Shown: positions 20,142 through 28,438 of the stretch, piece after piece
Layout: every line of letters begins with the position of its first letter
Numbering within the stretch: the stretch's first letter is position 1
Assembly (NCBI GenBank): GCA_049323875.1
Contig: JBMOLW010000030.1
Coordinates: 224,393-288,392 of the forward strand
From: Nitrospirota bacterium
GTDB taxonomy: Bacteria > Nitrospirota > Thermodesulfovibrionia > Thermodesulfovibrionales > SM23-35
Direction: 5' to 3'
DNA length: 64,000 nt
The notes under the pieces: generated by a model
What the model was told of the DNA's origin: nothing
What the model saw: only the letters and a program-made list of their open reading frames with translations
Database searches by the model: none
Program-made: the position numbers and the translations under genes

Positions 20142-23100
20142 GTGGCAGGGATAATATCCCATATCGCGTGTTGATCGTTGAAGACAGCCCTGCTGACGCG
20201 GAATTAAACGAACGCGAAATCCGGCAGGTATTATCTTCCTGCTCGTTTCTCCGCGTAGATACTGAGGAAGCTTTTCTGAAGGCCCTTGATGAATTCAATC
20301 CGGACATTATTGTGTCAGATTACCTGATGCCCTCTTTTGACGGCATGACGGCGCTGAGAATAACCCGCAAAAAAATCCCTCTAACGCCGTTCATCATCGT
20401 AACCGGTTCCATGAACGAAGACACTGCGGTTGAATGCATGAAAGAAGGGGCGACCAACTATGTAATAAAGCAGTCCCTCAAGAGGCTGGGACCAGCCGTT
20501 CTCCATGCGCTCGGAGAAAAAAAGGTCCGGATGGAGAAGTTAAGAATACAGGAAGAACTGAGGAAAAGTGAACTCCGGTACAGCACCATCGTCAACTCTT
20601 CCCCGAATATTATCTTTCTTCACAGGGAAGGGAGAATCCTTTTCGTCAACGACGTCTCATCACAATGGCTGGGATATTCAAGAGAAGAACTCATCGGGAA
20701 ATCTCTCTTTGATTTTGTCGCAGGCGATTCAAAAGAAGTGGTATTGAGAAACATGCAGAGGAGAATAGCCGGTGAAGATGTCGAGTCGTATGAAGTAAAG
20801 ATATTGAGCAAATTCAACGAGACGAAATACTTCCTGGTAAACGCTTCAGTTATGCCATATGAAGAGGGAAAGGCTTTCCTGGTCATTTTATCCGATATCA
20901 CTGATCGCAAGAAGGCAGAAGAGGCATTAGTCGACGAGGCCAACCGCCGCCGGATACTGATGGAGCAGTCGAGAGACGGCATTGTCATCCTCGATCAGGA
21001 CGGAGGTGTATATGAGGCAAACCTTCGGTTTGCAGCCATGCTCGGCTATTCCCTCGAAGAAGTCCGTTCTCTCCATGTCTGGGACTGGGACTACCAGTGG
21101 TCATCCGATCAACTCATCGAAATGATCCGCAGTGTTGATGAGGCGGGCGATCACTTCGAGACGCGCCACCGGCGCAGGGACGGCAGCATCTACGATGTGG
21201 AAATAAGCACGAACGGCGCTTTTGTGGGCGGGCAGAAACTGGTATTCTGTGTCTGCCGGGACATTTCTGAGCGCAAGGCAGCTGAAAAGGCATTGCGGGA
21301 AAGCGAGGCTGAACTCAGGGAAGCACAACGCGTCGCAAAACTCGGCAACTGGGAACTCGACCTAAAAACAGGAATTGTGATATGGTCTGAGGAGATATAT
21401 ACCATCTTCGGGAGGGATGCGACGCTCCCTGCTCCGAATTTTGATGAACATGCGAAAATCCTTACTCCAGCGAGCATGTTCCATCTGGACTCCGCTGTTA
21501 AGAGGACTCAGGAAACAGGAGATCCTTTTCAAGTTGACCTTGAAATAATCCGTCCTGATGGCACAAGAGGATGGATTTCAGCACGGGGAGAAATTAAACA
21601 AAAAGACTTTTCATTTACCCTCTTGCGCGGAACTGCCCTCGACATCACAGACCGTAAGAAGATTGAAAATGAGTTGCGGGCATCGGAGAGAGAGCTCCAT
21701 GATGCCTATTTTTCCGAAGCTGCCATCAATATGATACTGGGCGAATCACTGATCGATCAACCGTTGGAAGTGTTTTTGCAGAAATCGCTCAGCATGATCC
21801 TCTCGATCCCCTGGATTCCCCTGCTCCCGACCGGGAGCATATTTCTTGTGGAAGATGACATGGATACCCTGGTGATGAAAGCACAGAGCAATATTCCCGG
21901 ACAACAGAAAGACTTGTGCAGCCGAATTCCCTTTGGAAAATGTCTGTGCGGAAAGGCGGCACAAAGCCGGCAAATTCAGTTCGCCAGCCATAGCGACGGA
22001 GGGCACGAAACCTGCTGTGATGCAACCTTTCCCCACGGTCATTATGCAGTACCCATACTTTTTGGAGGGAAGACTCTGGGCGTGCTTACCCTCTACCTGA
22101 TCGAAGGGCATACGAGGAGAAAAAACGAAGAAGATTTCCTGAGAGCTCTTGCTGACACATTGGCCGGTATCATCGCACGGAAGAAGGCAGAGGACAAGAT
22201 AGAATACCTTGCGTATTATGATGCCCTGACCGGGCTGCCGAACAGAAACCTGTTCCTTGACAGATTGAGCCAGGGGATTGCCAGGGCTGAATACAGCAGG
22301 AAAACGGTTGCAGTCATGGCAGTCGACATCGACCGGTTCAAATCCATTAATGATGCCTACGGCCTTGATGCCGGGGATTCCGTATTGCAGGAAGTCGCGA
22401 AAAGGCTCCTCTCTTCAGTCCGCGAGGGGGATACCATAGCCCGCCTTGGGAACGATGATTTCGGGGTGCTCCTTATTGATATTGCCGATTCTGCGGATAT
22501 TATCCTCGTAATCGACAAGATAATGAAGAATGTTTCCTGCCCGTTGCAATTTATCGGGAGCGAGATTATGCTGACCCTCAGCGCAGGCATCTCAGTATAT
22601 CCTGATGACGGAAACGATGCCTCTTCACTCATGAAAAATTCGGATCTCGCCCTTGCAAAGGCAAAACAGCAGGGCAGGAAAAACTACCAGTTTTACACCC
22701 AGGACATGGATGTAAAGGCAGCCGAGTTTGTCCGGATGGAGAAAAACCTCTTCAATGCCATGCAGAACAACGAGTTTCTCCTGCATTACCAGCCTTACTG
22801 GGATATTAATACCAGGGAGATAACAGGCATGGAAGCCCTGATACGGTGGAATAATCCGGAACAAGGCCTCCTTTCTCCGGGAAAGTTCATCCCGGTCCTT
22901 GAAGAAACCCGCATGATCATCGAAGTCGGGCAATGGATCATCAGGACAGCCGTAAGACAGGTCAAAGAGTGGCAGAATAAGGGATATCCCGTTGTCCCTG
23001 TCTCAGTGAATCTCTCATTGATCCAGTTCAGGCAGAAGGATTTATCAGAGACGATCAAGGAGATCATCAGGGAATCGGGATTTTATCCGTCGCTCCTTAC

Positions 23101-23515
23101 CCTTGAAATAACAGAAAGTGCCTTTATCCATGATATAGAGTTAACCCATACGGTTCTTGCAGACCTCAAGAAGATCGGTGTCCAGATATCGATTGATGAT
23201 TTCGGGACAGGGTACTCATCCCTGGCGCACCTGAAAAGGTTCCCGGTGGATAACCTGAAGATCGATATGTCCTTCGTCAAAGAGATAGCAACAGACCCGG
23301 ATACTGCTTCGATTGTAACAGCCATCATTGCCATGGCGCATACCCTTAACCTGCGGACAATCGCTGAGGGCATCGAGACAGAAGAGCAGTGGAAGATCCT
23401 GCGGCTCCTGAGGTGTCATATGGGTCAGGGGTATTATTTCAGCAAGCCTCTTCCTGCAGAGGAACTGGAACGAAGTTTTTTTCGTGGCATAAGGAGCGAG
23501 AACTCCAGCGGCTGA
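20138..23515 (+). CDS. Response-regulator receiver / PAS x3 / GAF / degenerate GGDEF / EAL protein (probable c-di-GMP phosphodiesterase)
   Basis: REC domain (VLIVEDSPADAE...DIIVSDYLMPSFDG). PAS units end in DITDRKKAEEAL, DISERKAAEKAL and DITDRKKIENEL. The GAF domain carries a Cys/His cluster. The GGDEF domain has GNDDF at the active-site position. The EAL domain is intact (EALIRW...DDFGTGYSSL...KIDMSF). There is an ATGA overlap with the upstream kinase. Confidence 0.9.
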   Translation: MSGRDNIPYRVLIVEDSPADAELNEREIRQVLSSCSFLRVDTEEAFLKALDEFNPDIIVSDYLMPSFDGMTALRITRKKIPLTPFIIVTGSMNEDTAVECMKEGATNYVIKQSLKRLGPAVLHALGEKKVRMEKLRIQEELRKSELRYSTIVNSSPNIIFLHREGRILFVNDVSSQWLGYSREELIGKSLFDFVAGDSKEVVLRNMQRRIAGEDVESYEVKILSKFNETKYFLVNASVMPYEEGKAFLVILSDITDRKKAEEALVDEANRRRILMEQSRDGIVILDQDGGVYEANLRFAAMLGYSLEEVRSLHVWDWDYQWSSDQLIEMIRSVDEAGDHFETRHRRRDGSIYDVEISTNGAFVGGQKLVFCVCRDISERKAAEKALRESEAELREAQRVAKLGNWELDLKTGIVIWSEEIYTIFGRDATLPAPNFDEHAKILTPASMFHLDSAVKRTQETGDPFQVDLEIIRPDGTRGWISARGEIKQKDFSFTLLRGTALDITDRKKIENELRASERELHDAYFSEAAINMILGESLIDQPLEVFLQKSLSMILSIPWIPLLPTGSIFLVEDDMDTLVMKAQSNIPGQQKDLCSRIPFGKCLCGKAAQSRQIQFASHSDGGHETCCDATFPHGHYAVPILFGGKTLGVLTLYLIEGHTRRKNEEDFLRALADTLAGIIARKKAEDKIEYLAYYDALTGLPNRNLFLDRLSQGIARAEYSRKTVAVMAVDIDRFKSINDAYGLDAGDSVLQEVAKRLLSSVREGDTIARLGNDDFGVLLIDIADSADIILVIDKIMKNVSCPLQFIGSEIMLTLSAGISVYPDDGNDASSLMKNSDLALAKAKQQGRKNYQFYTQDMDVKAAEFVRMEKNLFNAMQNNEFLLHYQPYWDINTREITGMEALIRWNNPEQGLLSPGKFIPVLEETRMIIEVGQWIIRTAVRQVKEWQNKGYPVVPVSVNLSLIQFRQKDLSETIKEIIRESGFYPSLLTLEITESAFIHDIELTHTVLADLKKIGVQISIDDFGTGYSSLAHLKRFPVDNLKIDMSFVKEIATDPDTASIVTAIIAMAHTLNLRTIAEGIETEEQWKILRLLRCHMGQGYYFSKPLPAEELERSFFRGIRSENSSG

Positions 23516-23516
23516 C

Positions 23517-23834
23517 TCAGCGCATCCAACCTCCCCGGCTGTGTTCATCCTCGTGACAGTAAACACAGAGGTTCTCCCAGTTTGAGCCGTCAGGAGGGTT
23601 GTTCCTGTGGTTTCCGTCCTTGTGGTGCACAGTCAGGAGATGCCGGTTTTTCTGATCGAACTCCCTCCCGCACTTTGCGCAGATCAGTCCATGGATTTTC
23701 AGGGATTGCTCGCGGTAATCCTGGAGAGAAGTGTTCATCGCTTTCAGATCTCTCACTATCTCTTCCACGGTTTTATCCACTGCAGGTTTTTTGGGAAGGG
23801 GTTTCTTAAATTTTATCCGCTTTTTAATCCCCAC
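23517..23834 (-). CDS. yajD: YajD-family HNH nuclease-fold protein
   Basis: CAKCGREF....LLTVHHKDGNHRNNPPDGSNWENLCVYCHEDEH is the HNH/zinc-finger core typical of YajD. 105 aa. Confidence 0.75.
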   Translation of the reverse strand: MGIKKRIKFKKPLPKKPAVDKTVEEIVRDLKAMNTSLQDYREQSLKIHGLICAKCGREFDQKNRHLLTVHHKDGNHRNNPPDGSNWENLCVYCHEDEHSRGGWMR

Positions 23835-23906
23835 GTATAACTCCGTTTACCAAAGGAGGGGCCAACATCGCATCCCGGTCTTGAGTGATAAGTTCCGGAC
23901 CCACAC

Positions 23907-24209
23907 CTATTGCCGCAACTTTGCCCCGCATTTTTTGCATACGCGCCGCCCGATATCCGCACCCAGATATTTTTTACAGCACGGACATCTCCAGTTGATT
24001 GCGCTGAATCCGATAAATCCTCCAATAATCAGGAGCTGTCCAACAAAAATCGTATGCCGGGAGACTTCTCCGAAGAGGTCATAACGTTTATAGATCAAGG
24101 TGAGGAACAAGAGCAGCACCAGGGTAACCGCAATGGCAAGAAGTTGTCGGCTCTGGCAGACGCGGTATTTTCTGAATATCTCTTTGTTGTATTTTTCCTG
24201 TTCCCTCAT
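23907..24209 (-). CDS. Membrane protein with C-terminal zinc-ribbon, unknown function
   Basis: Two TM helices (LLAIAVTLVLLLFLTLIY and VGQLLIIGGFIGFSAI), then CPCC...CKKCG. 100 aa with no family recognised. Confidence 0.5.
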   Translation of the reverse strand: MREQEKYNKEIFRKYRVCQSRQLLAIAVTLVLLLFLTLIYKRYDLFGEVSRHTIFVGQLLIIGGFIGFSAINWRCPCCKKYLGADIGRRVCKKCGAKLRQ

Positions 24210-24673
24210 AGTCGTGTCTGATAAGAAAAGAAACCTCCTGAAACTGCAGGCTATTACTTTCCGGTTTTTCCGAAAAGAGAACCGGGGACACCCCGGATTC
24301 TCTGACGCCCTCTCTGGCTGCCGATCGCATGAGCCGCATTTTTTTGCCGCAGCCCTGAAAAGGGTCTGTGTCTCTGTCCGTCGTTCAGTCGTCCTTTATC
24401 ATACTATTCTCCCTGAACAAGACAGTATGGTATAGGATATAAACCACGTGCCTGAATGTCAATTCCCTCAGGTAAGGCAGCAGAGAGCCGGAGAAGAACT
24501 GCAGGATCTGATGAAAATGCTGTTTTTATAATTTCCGGATATTCCCGCCGCTGAAAACGCTATAATAGAAATACCATCATGCATCTCAAAACAGTCACGA
24601 TCGATCCTGATAAATATCCGGTCAGAGATTGCTATCCCTTTAATTTGGATACTGATGCGGAAAGGAAGGAACC

Positions 24674-24928
24674 ATGCAAAGATATGTCAGGCTTTATACT
24701 CTCAGCACCTGTATTCACTGCAAGGCAACAAAAGCTCTCCTTGACTCCCACACGGTACAATATGATTTCATTGATGTTGATCTGATCCCCCTGTCGGAAC
24801 GGGATGCCGTGCTCGCCGAAGTGAGAAAGTACAACCCCGCGTGCTCATTTCCGACAATTCTGATCGGCGACCAGATCATTGTTGGATTTGACAAGCAGGC
24901 ATTAATTGCGGCATTGGACCTGCGGTAA
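24674..24928 (+). CDS. Glutaredoxin-family small redox protein
   Basis: YVRLYTLSTCIHCKATKALL carries a CxxC motif (CIHC) at the start of helix 1. FPTILIG..IIVGFD contains the cis-Pro and GF motifs of the glutaredoxin/NrdH fold. GGAAGGA RBS upstream. Confidence 0.8.
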   Translation: MQRYVRLYTLSTCIHCKATKALLDSHTVQYDFIDVDLIPLSERDAVLAEVRKYNPACSFPTILIGDQIIVGFDKQALIAALDLR

Positions 24929-25101
24929 CAGAGAGAGTTCCCGCAAGCCTTTGCGCTTTCAGAAAATGCAAGGGCATTTCATCAGGCAGCAAACCGTCAT
25001 CAGTCGTTTGGAATTGCATGCAGAGCTTCCGGTATGCTCTCTTGAGACTGCTGAAAATCGTCCGTTTACAATTTTGCATCATCCGTTTAATTATTTTCTT
25101 C

Positions 25102-25130
25102 TTTACAAATGATTTATTTTTTATTTTAAT
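25102..25130 (+). promoter_or_regulatory. Sigma70-like promoter candidate for the Lys/Ala-rich small gene
   Basis: TTTACA - 17 nt - TTTAAT in a strongly AT-rich tract, about 80 nt upstream of the ATG at 25210. A TATATA follows at 25132. Confidence 0.3.
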
Positions 25131-25209
25131 GTATATAGGTAGTGTGAATCAGAATAATGATTGCATTCCCTGATTTCAGGAATGCAGAAAGAAGGGAGGT
25201 GAAGAGCGA

Positions 25210-25350
25210 ATGGCGGTTAAGAAAGCAGCAGCAAAGAAGACAGCAGCAAAAAAGACCGTAAAGAAGGCAGCAGCGAAGAAGACAGCAAAGAAGACCACAA
25301 AGAAAACCGCAGCAAAAAAACCCGCGAAGAAGACAGCAAAGAAGAAATAG
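25210..25350 (+). CDS. 46-aa Lys/Ala-rich histone H1-like / nucleoid-associated small basic protein (not in ORF track)
   Basis: GGGAGG RBS 8-9 nt upstream of the ATG. Translation is MAVKKAAAKKTAAKKTVKKAAAKKTAKKTTKKTAAKKPAKKTAKKK (21 Lys, 14 Ala, 7 Thr of 46). The TAG stop is followed by a strong intrinsic terminator. The listed antisense ORF 25217..25480 is its shadow. Confidence 0.7.
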   Translation: MAVKKAAAKKTAAKKTVKKAAAKKTAKKTTKKTAAKKPAKKTAKKK

Positions 25351-25381
25351 TTTCCCTCACCATGTTGACACAGATATTTAC

Positions 25382-25416
25382 GGCTGGAGGAAACAACCTC
25401 CAGCCTCTTTTTTTTT
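25382..25416 (+). terminator. Rho-independent terminator
   Basis: Perfect 9-bp stem GGCTGGAGG / CCTCCAGCC with loop AAACAA, followed by TCTTTTTTTTT. Confidence 0.85.
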
Positions 25417-25527
25417 GGATAGATTCCCCGATTGCTTCAGGAAAGTAAATGAGGGTCATGCTCCGACTTGATCGGAGCATCCCGTGCCTGTAATCCTGAA
25501 CGATTTCGGGAACGGAAGAGGCTCTCC

Positions 25528-26298
25528 TTAGGATTCAGGGAGAGAACAGAGCGTGTTCAGACGTTCGATGCTTTTTAATACCCCTTCCTTCGAGCGGACT
25601 TCAAGAGTATACACAGGCCTGGCGGGATGCACTGCAGCGAATAACGAGGTGAAATCGAAATTTCCTTCCCCCATCGGGAGGTGGTCGTCCGCTTTGCCGG
25701 TGTTATCATGGAGATGCAGTTCAACAAGATAAGGTCTGATATCCCGGATCCATTCTCCAAGTGATATTTTTGAAAAAAGATTAAAATGTCCCGTATCAAA
25801 ACAGACGCCGAAATACTCAGAAGGGATCGCCTCCATAAGGAGCCTGATATTTTCCGGGTCATCTTCGAAAACATTCTCGATCGCGATTTTTATTCCCATG
25901 TCCGCAGCTCTTTTCACAAGACCTTCCCAGGTCCGAACGCTCTTCTCTAGCCAGAGGTCTACCTTGAGAGCATACTTCCATTTCTCATATCCTGAATGGA
26001 AGACAATGACTTGTGGACTGACGGTTGCAGCGACATCAAAGACGCGGGAAAACCTTTTCAGGGTAATTCGTCTGACCTCTTCATCTGCTGCACCAGGGGA
26101 GAGGTCCATGAAAGGAGCATGGATAGTCAGGGAAGGATTGTAATCAAGCTCACGTATCAGTTCTGTGATCTCACGGTCTCCCAATGCATCAAGCGTATCA
26201 GCGGAAAAGTATATCTCAGGGTTAATCCGGTGCTTTTTTGTAAAAGAAAGATATTCCCGCAGCCGCTGGTATGGGACATGCACCTGGGGAGAAATCAT
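25528..26298 (-). CDS. Xylose-isomerase-like TIM-barrel protein (sugar phosphate isomerase/epimerase / AP-endonuclease-2 superfamily)
   Basis: Metal-ligand pattern typical of the fold: HAPF, FHSG, IAIENV, CFDTGHFN, ELHLHDN. A TGATG stop/start overlap with the upstream zinc-ribbon gene sits at 26296-26300. Confidence 0.7.
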   Translation of the reverse strand: MISPQVHVPYQRLREYLSFTKKHRINPEIYFSADTLDALGDREITELIRELDYNPSLTIHAPFMDLSPGAADEEVRRITLKRFSRVFDVAATVSPQVIVFHSGYEKWKYALKVDLWLEKSVRTWEGLVKRAADMGIKIAIENVFEDDPENIRLLMEAIPSEYFGVCFDTGHFNLFSKISLGEWIRDIRPYLVELHLHDNTGKADDHLPMGEGNFDFTSLFAAVHPARPVYTLEVRSKEGVLKSIERLNTLCSLPES

Positions 26299-26588
26299 CA
26301 GGACTTGGCGGCAGTTTCAGGCTTCGTCTCTGTCTTTGAAGGAGAGGCTGGCTTTCCCCCGGCATCTGCGGACACAGGCTTTTCGCCGGTACTATTTTCT
26401 TTCCGGTTGGGAGAAGCGTAGTCGGTGACGTACCAGCCCGTTCCTTTCAGGACAAATGAGGTATGGGATATCAGCTTGTGGAGCGGCCCGCCGCATGCAG
26501 TACAGTGTTTGAGGGGCTCATCACTGAATTTCTGCATCACCTCATAACGGTTTCCGCAGTGCGTACATTCATACTCATAGATCGGCAT
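26298..26588 (-). CDS. FmdB-family zinc-ribbon protein
   Basis: [36 protein letters not shown] is the canonical CxxC...CxxC FmdB/CxxC_CxxC_SSSS N-terminus. Low-complexity C-terminal tail. Confidence 0.85.
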   Translation of the reverse strand: MPIYEYECTHCGNRYEVMQKFSDEPLKHCTACGGPLHKLISHTSFVLKGTGWYVTDYASPNRKENSTGEKPVSADAGGKPASPSKTETKPETAAKS

Positions 26589-26639
26589 ATTCCGTATCCT
26601 CCGGATAAAAAGTGCATTTCTATTATACCACAGGATTTC

Positions 26640-27578
26640 TTATGGGGAGGAGAGGCCTTTCCGGACACATTTCGGCAGGGCAAAAAGCCTCCGGTGTGTT
26701 TCAGCATCGTAGTATGCAAGACCGCCGAGCTTCCTTTCCCGTATCCTTTTCTCCAGGGTGCGCTGACTCATTCCGGCGGGATCATGCCTGACTGAACACA
26801 GGACATAGGACCACAGGGCTCCGAAGCTCGGGACATATTCATAGGAGAAGGTGACGATTGGGAATATTTTTTTCAGGGTAATAAAAATCTTTTTCGACAG
26901 AGACTGTTTTCCGGTGCAGGATACCTCTGTGGCATGGGTGACAAAGATTCCGTTCTTCCTCAACAGGTTCCTGAGAAGGGCATAAAACTCTTTTCTATAA
27001 AGCCTCCATCCCGGTCCTTTCTCAACAGGGTCACTGATATCGCCGATGATGACATCGAATTTTTGCTTCGACTCCTTTACATAATGGACAGCATCGTCAA
27101 AAACGAGCCTGACAGTCGGGTTATCAAATGATCCCCGGTGCCACGGGCCGAGATAGTGACGGCAAACACTGACAAACTCCCTGTCGATGTCCACCATGAC
27201 CACGCTGAGAACAGAAGGATGCCTGAGAACTTCCCTGAGCGACGCTCCTTCACCGCCTCCCAGAATCAGTATGTTTTCAGGTCGCGGATGGGTTATCATC
27301 ACGGGGTGGACGAGCGCCTCATGGTATATGAATTCGTCTGATTCCGCCGACTGGATTTTATCATCGAGAATCACTACCCGGCCAAGGTGGTCGGTATCAA
27401 CCAGTTCCACGTTCTGGAATCTGGTTCTCGCGGTAAGAACACGCCTTTTTACTCTGTGGAGGATCTGCCTGTTTTCGCTCTCTGCGTCAATAAACCAATC
27501 ATGGTCAATCTCTTTTTTCTGCCGCATGCCGTCTCCATAATCCTTTACAGGGGAAGCCCGGGCGATTCTGTTTACCAT
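26640..27578 (-). CDS. Polyamine aminopropyltransferase paralog (spermidine-synthase family)
   Basis: FQNVELVDT...GRVVILDDKIQSAESDEFIYHEALVHP and ILILGGGEGASLREVLRH, with VVMVDIDREFV and IIGDISDP. ATGgTAA overlap with the upstream speE stop. Confidence 0.8.
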   Translation of the reverse strand: MVNRIARASPVKDYGDGMRQKKEIDHDWFIDAESENRQILHRVKRRVLTARTRFQNVELVDTDHLGRVVILDDKIQSAESDEFIYHEALVHPVMITHPRPENILILGGGEGASLREVLRHPSVLSVVMVDIDREFVSVCRHYLGPWHRGSFDNPTVRLVFDDAVHYVKESKQKFDVIIGDISDPVEKGPGWRLYRKEFYALLRNLLRKNGIFVTHATEVSCTGKQSLSKKIFITLKKIFPIVTFSYEYVPSFGALWSYVLCSVRHDPAGMSQRTLEKRIRERKLGGLAYYDAETHRRLFALPKCVRKGLSSP

Positions 27579-28411
27579 GCAAGCTTTCTCTGCATTAATT
27601 TCCCATAAAGTTTGCCTGTAAGAAAGGCCTGCCGGTGGACTTCATCGTCATAATACTTCGTATCGATCAGGAAGGCATTCCTCATTTCCCGGGGTGATAT
27701 CCCTTTCGTTGCAACGGCAAAAGCCCACCAGTTTCCCGGATAGGTCGCAAGGGGGACAGTATAGAGGTCGACTGTCGGGAATATCTCCCCGAGTGTTTCC
27801 TGTATTTCGATAACCATATCCTTATGGAAATGGAGGGATTCGGTATGGGTAACGAACATGCCCTTCTCAGTAAGACAGTTCTTCACATTTTTGAAAAATT
27901 CGTCAGTGAAAAGGCTCCTTGCGAATCCGATTATATCGGTAGAATCGATAATGACTGCGTCTATGCTGGACGCTTTCTGCTTCGCCAAAAAATCAGCGCC
28001 ATCCATGATCCTGATCTCCACCCGCGGGTCATCAACACCTGAAGAAACAGAGGGGAAGAACTTCCGTGATACGGCAATCACCTCTTCGTCGATTTCGATA
28101 AAATACACTTTTTCAACACTCCTGTGCTTCAAGACCTCCCGCACCACACCTCCGTCTCCCCCCCCGATTACCGCAACCTTCGCCGGAGCCGGGATTGCAT
28201 GGAGCACTACATGGGTGAGCATCTCATGATAGAAGAACTCGTCCCGTTCGGTCATCTGCACTACCTCATCAAGGAGCAGCATCCTCCCGTAATGAGGGTT
28301 ATTCACGACCATTATTTCCTGAAACCTGCTCTTTCCCTTATACAGGATCTCATCGACTTCATAACAGTATTCAACCGGTGCATAGGGGGCCTTCTCAAAA
28401 AATCTGATCAT
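27572..28411 (-). CDS. speE: Spermidine synthase (polyamine aminopropyltransferase)
   Basis: SRFQEIMVVNNPHYGRMLLLDEVVQMTERDEFFYHEMLTHV, VAVIGGGDGGVVREVLKH, YFIEIDEEVI and VIIDSTD. Full-length match to the SpeE family pattern. Confidence 0.9.
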   Translation of the reverse strand: MIRFFEKAPYAPVEYCYEVDEILYKGKSRFQEIMVVNNPHYGRMLLLDEVVQMTERDEFFYHEMLTHVVLHAIPAPAKVAVIGGGDGGVVREVLKHRSVEKVYFIEIDEEVIAVSRKFFPSVSSGVDDPRVEIRIMDGADFLAKQKASSIDAVIIDSTDIIGFARSLFTDEFFKNVKNCLTEKGMFVTHTESLHFHKDMVIEIQETLGEIFPTVDLYTVPLATYPGNWWAFAVATKGISPREMRNAFLIDTKYYDDEVHRQAFLTGKLYGKLMQRKLAW

Positions 28412-28438
28412 CGTTCGTCCTTTCAGATAAATTTTCTG

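Noticed and set aside
25210-25350. Short-period nucleotide repetition (aagaag / gcagca) that could be mistaken for a tandem-repeat or CRISPR-like array.
   Set aside because: The periodicity is codon-level (Lys/Ala codons) inside a coherent ORF. There are no repeat-spacer units and no cas genes anywhere in the window.
25217-25480. Listed 87-aa minus-strand ORF (…SSLLSSSRVFLLRFSLWSSLLSSSLLPSLRSFLLLSSLLLLS).
   Set aside because: It is the antisense shadow of the Lys/Ala-rich plus-strand gene (AAG/GCA repeats read backwards as CTT/TGC). It has no RBS and would run through the plus-strand terminator hairpin.
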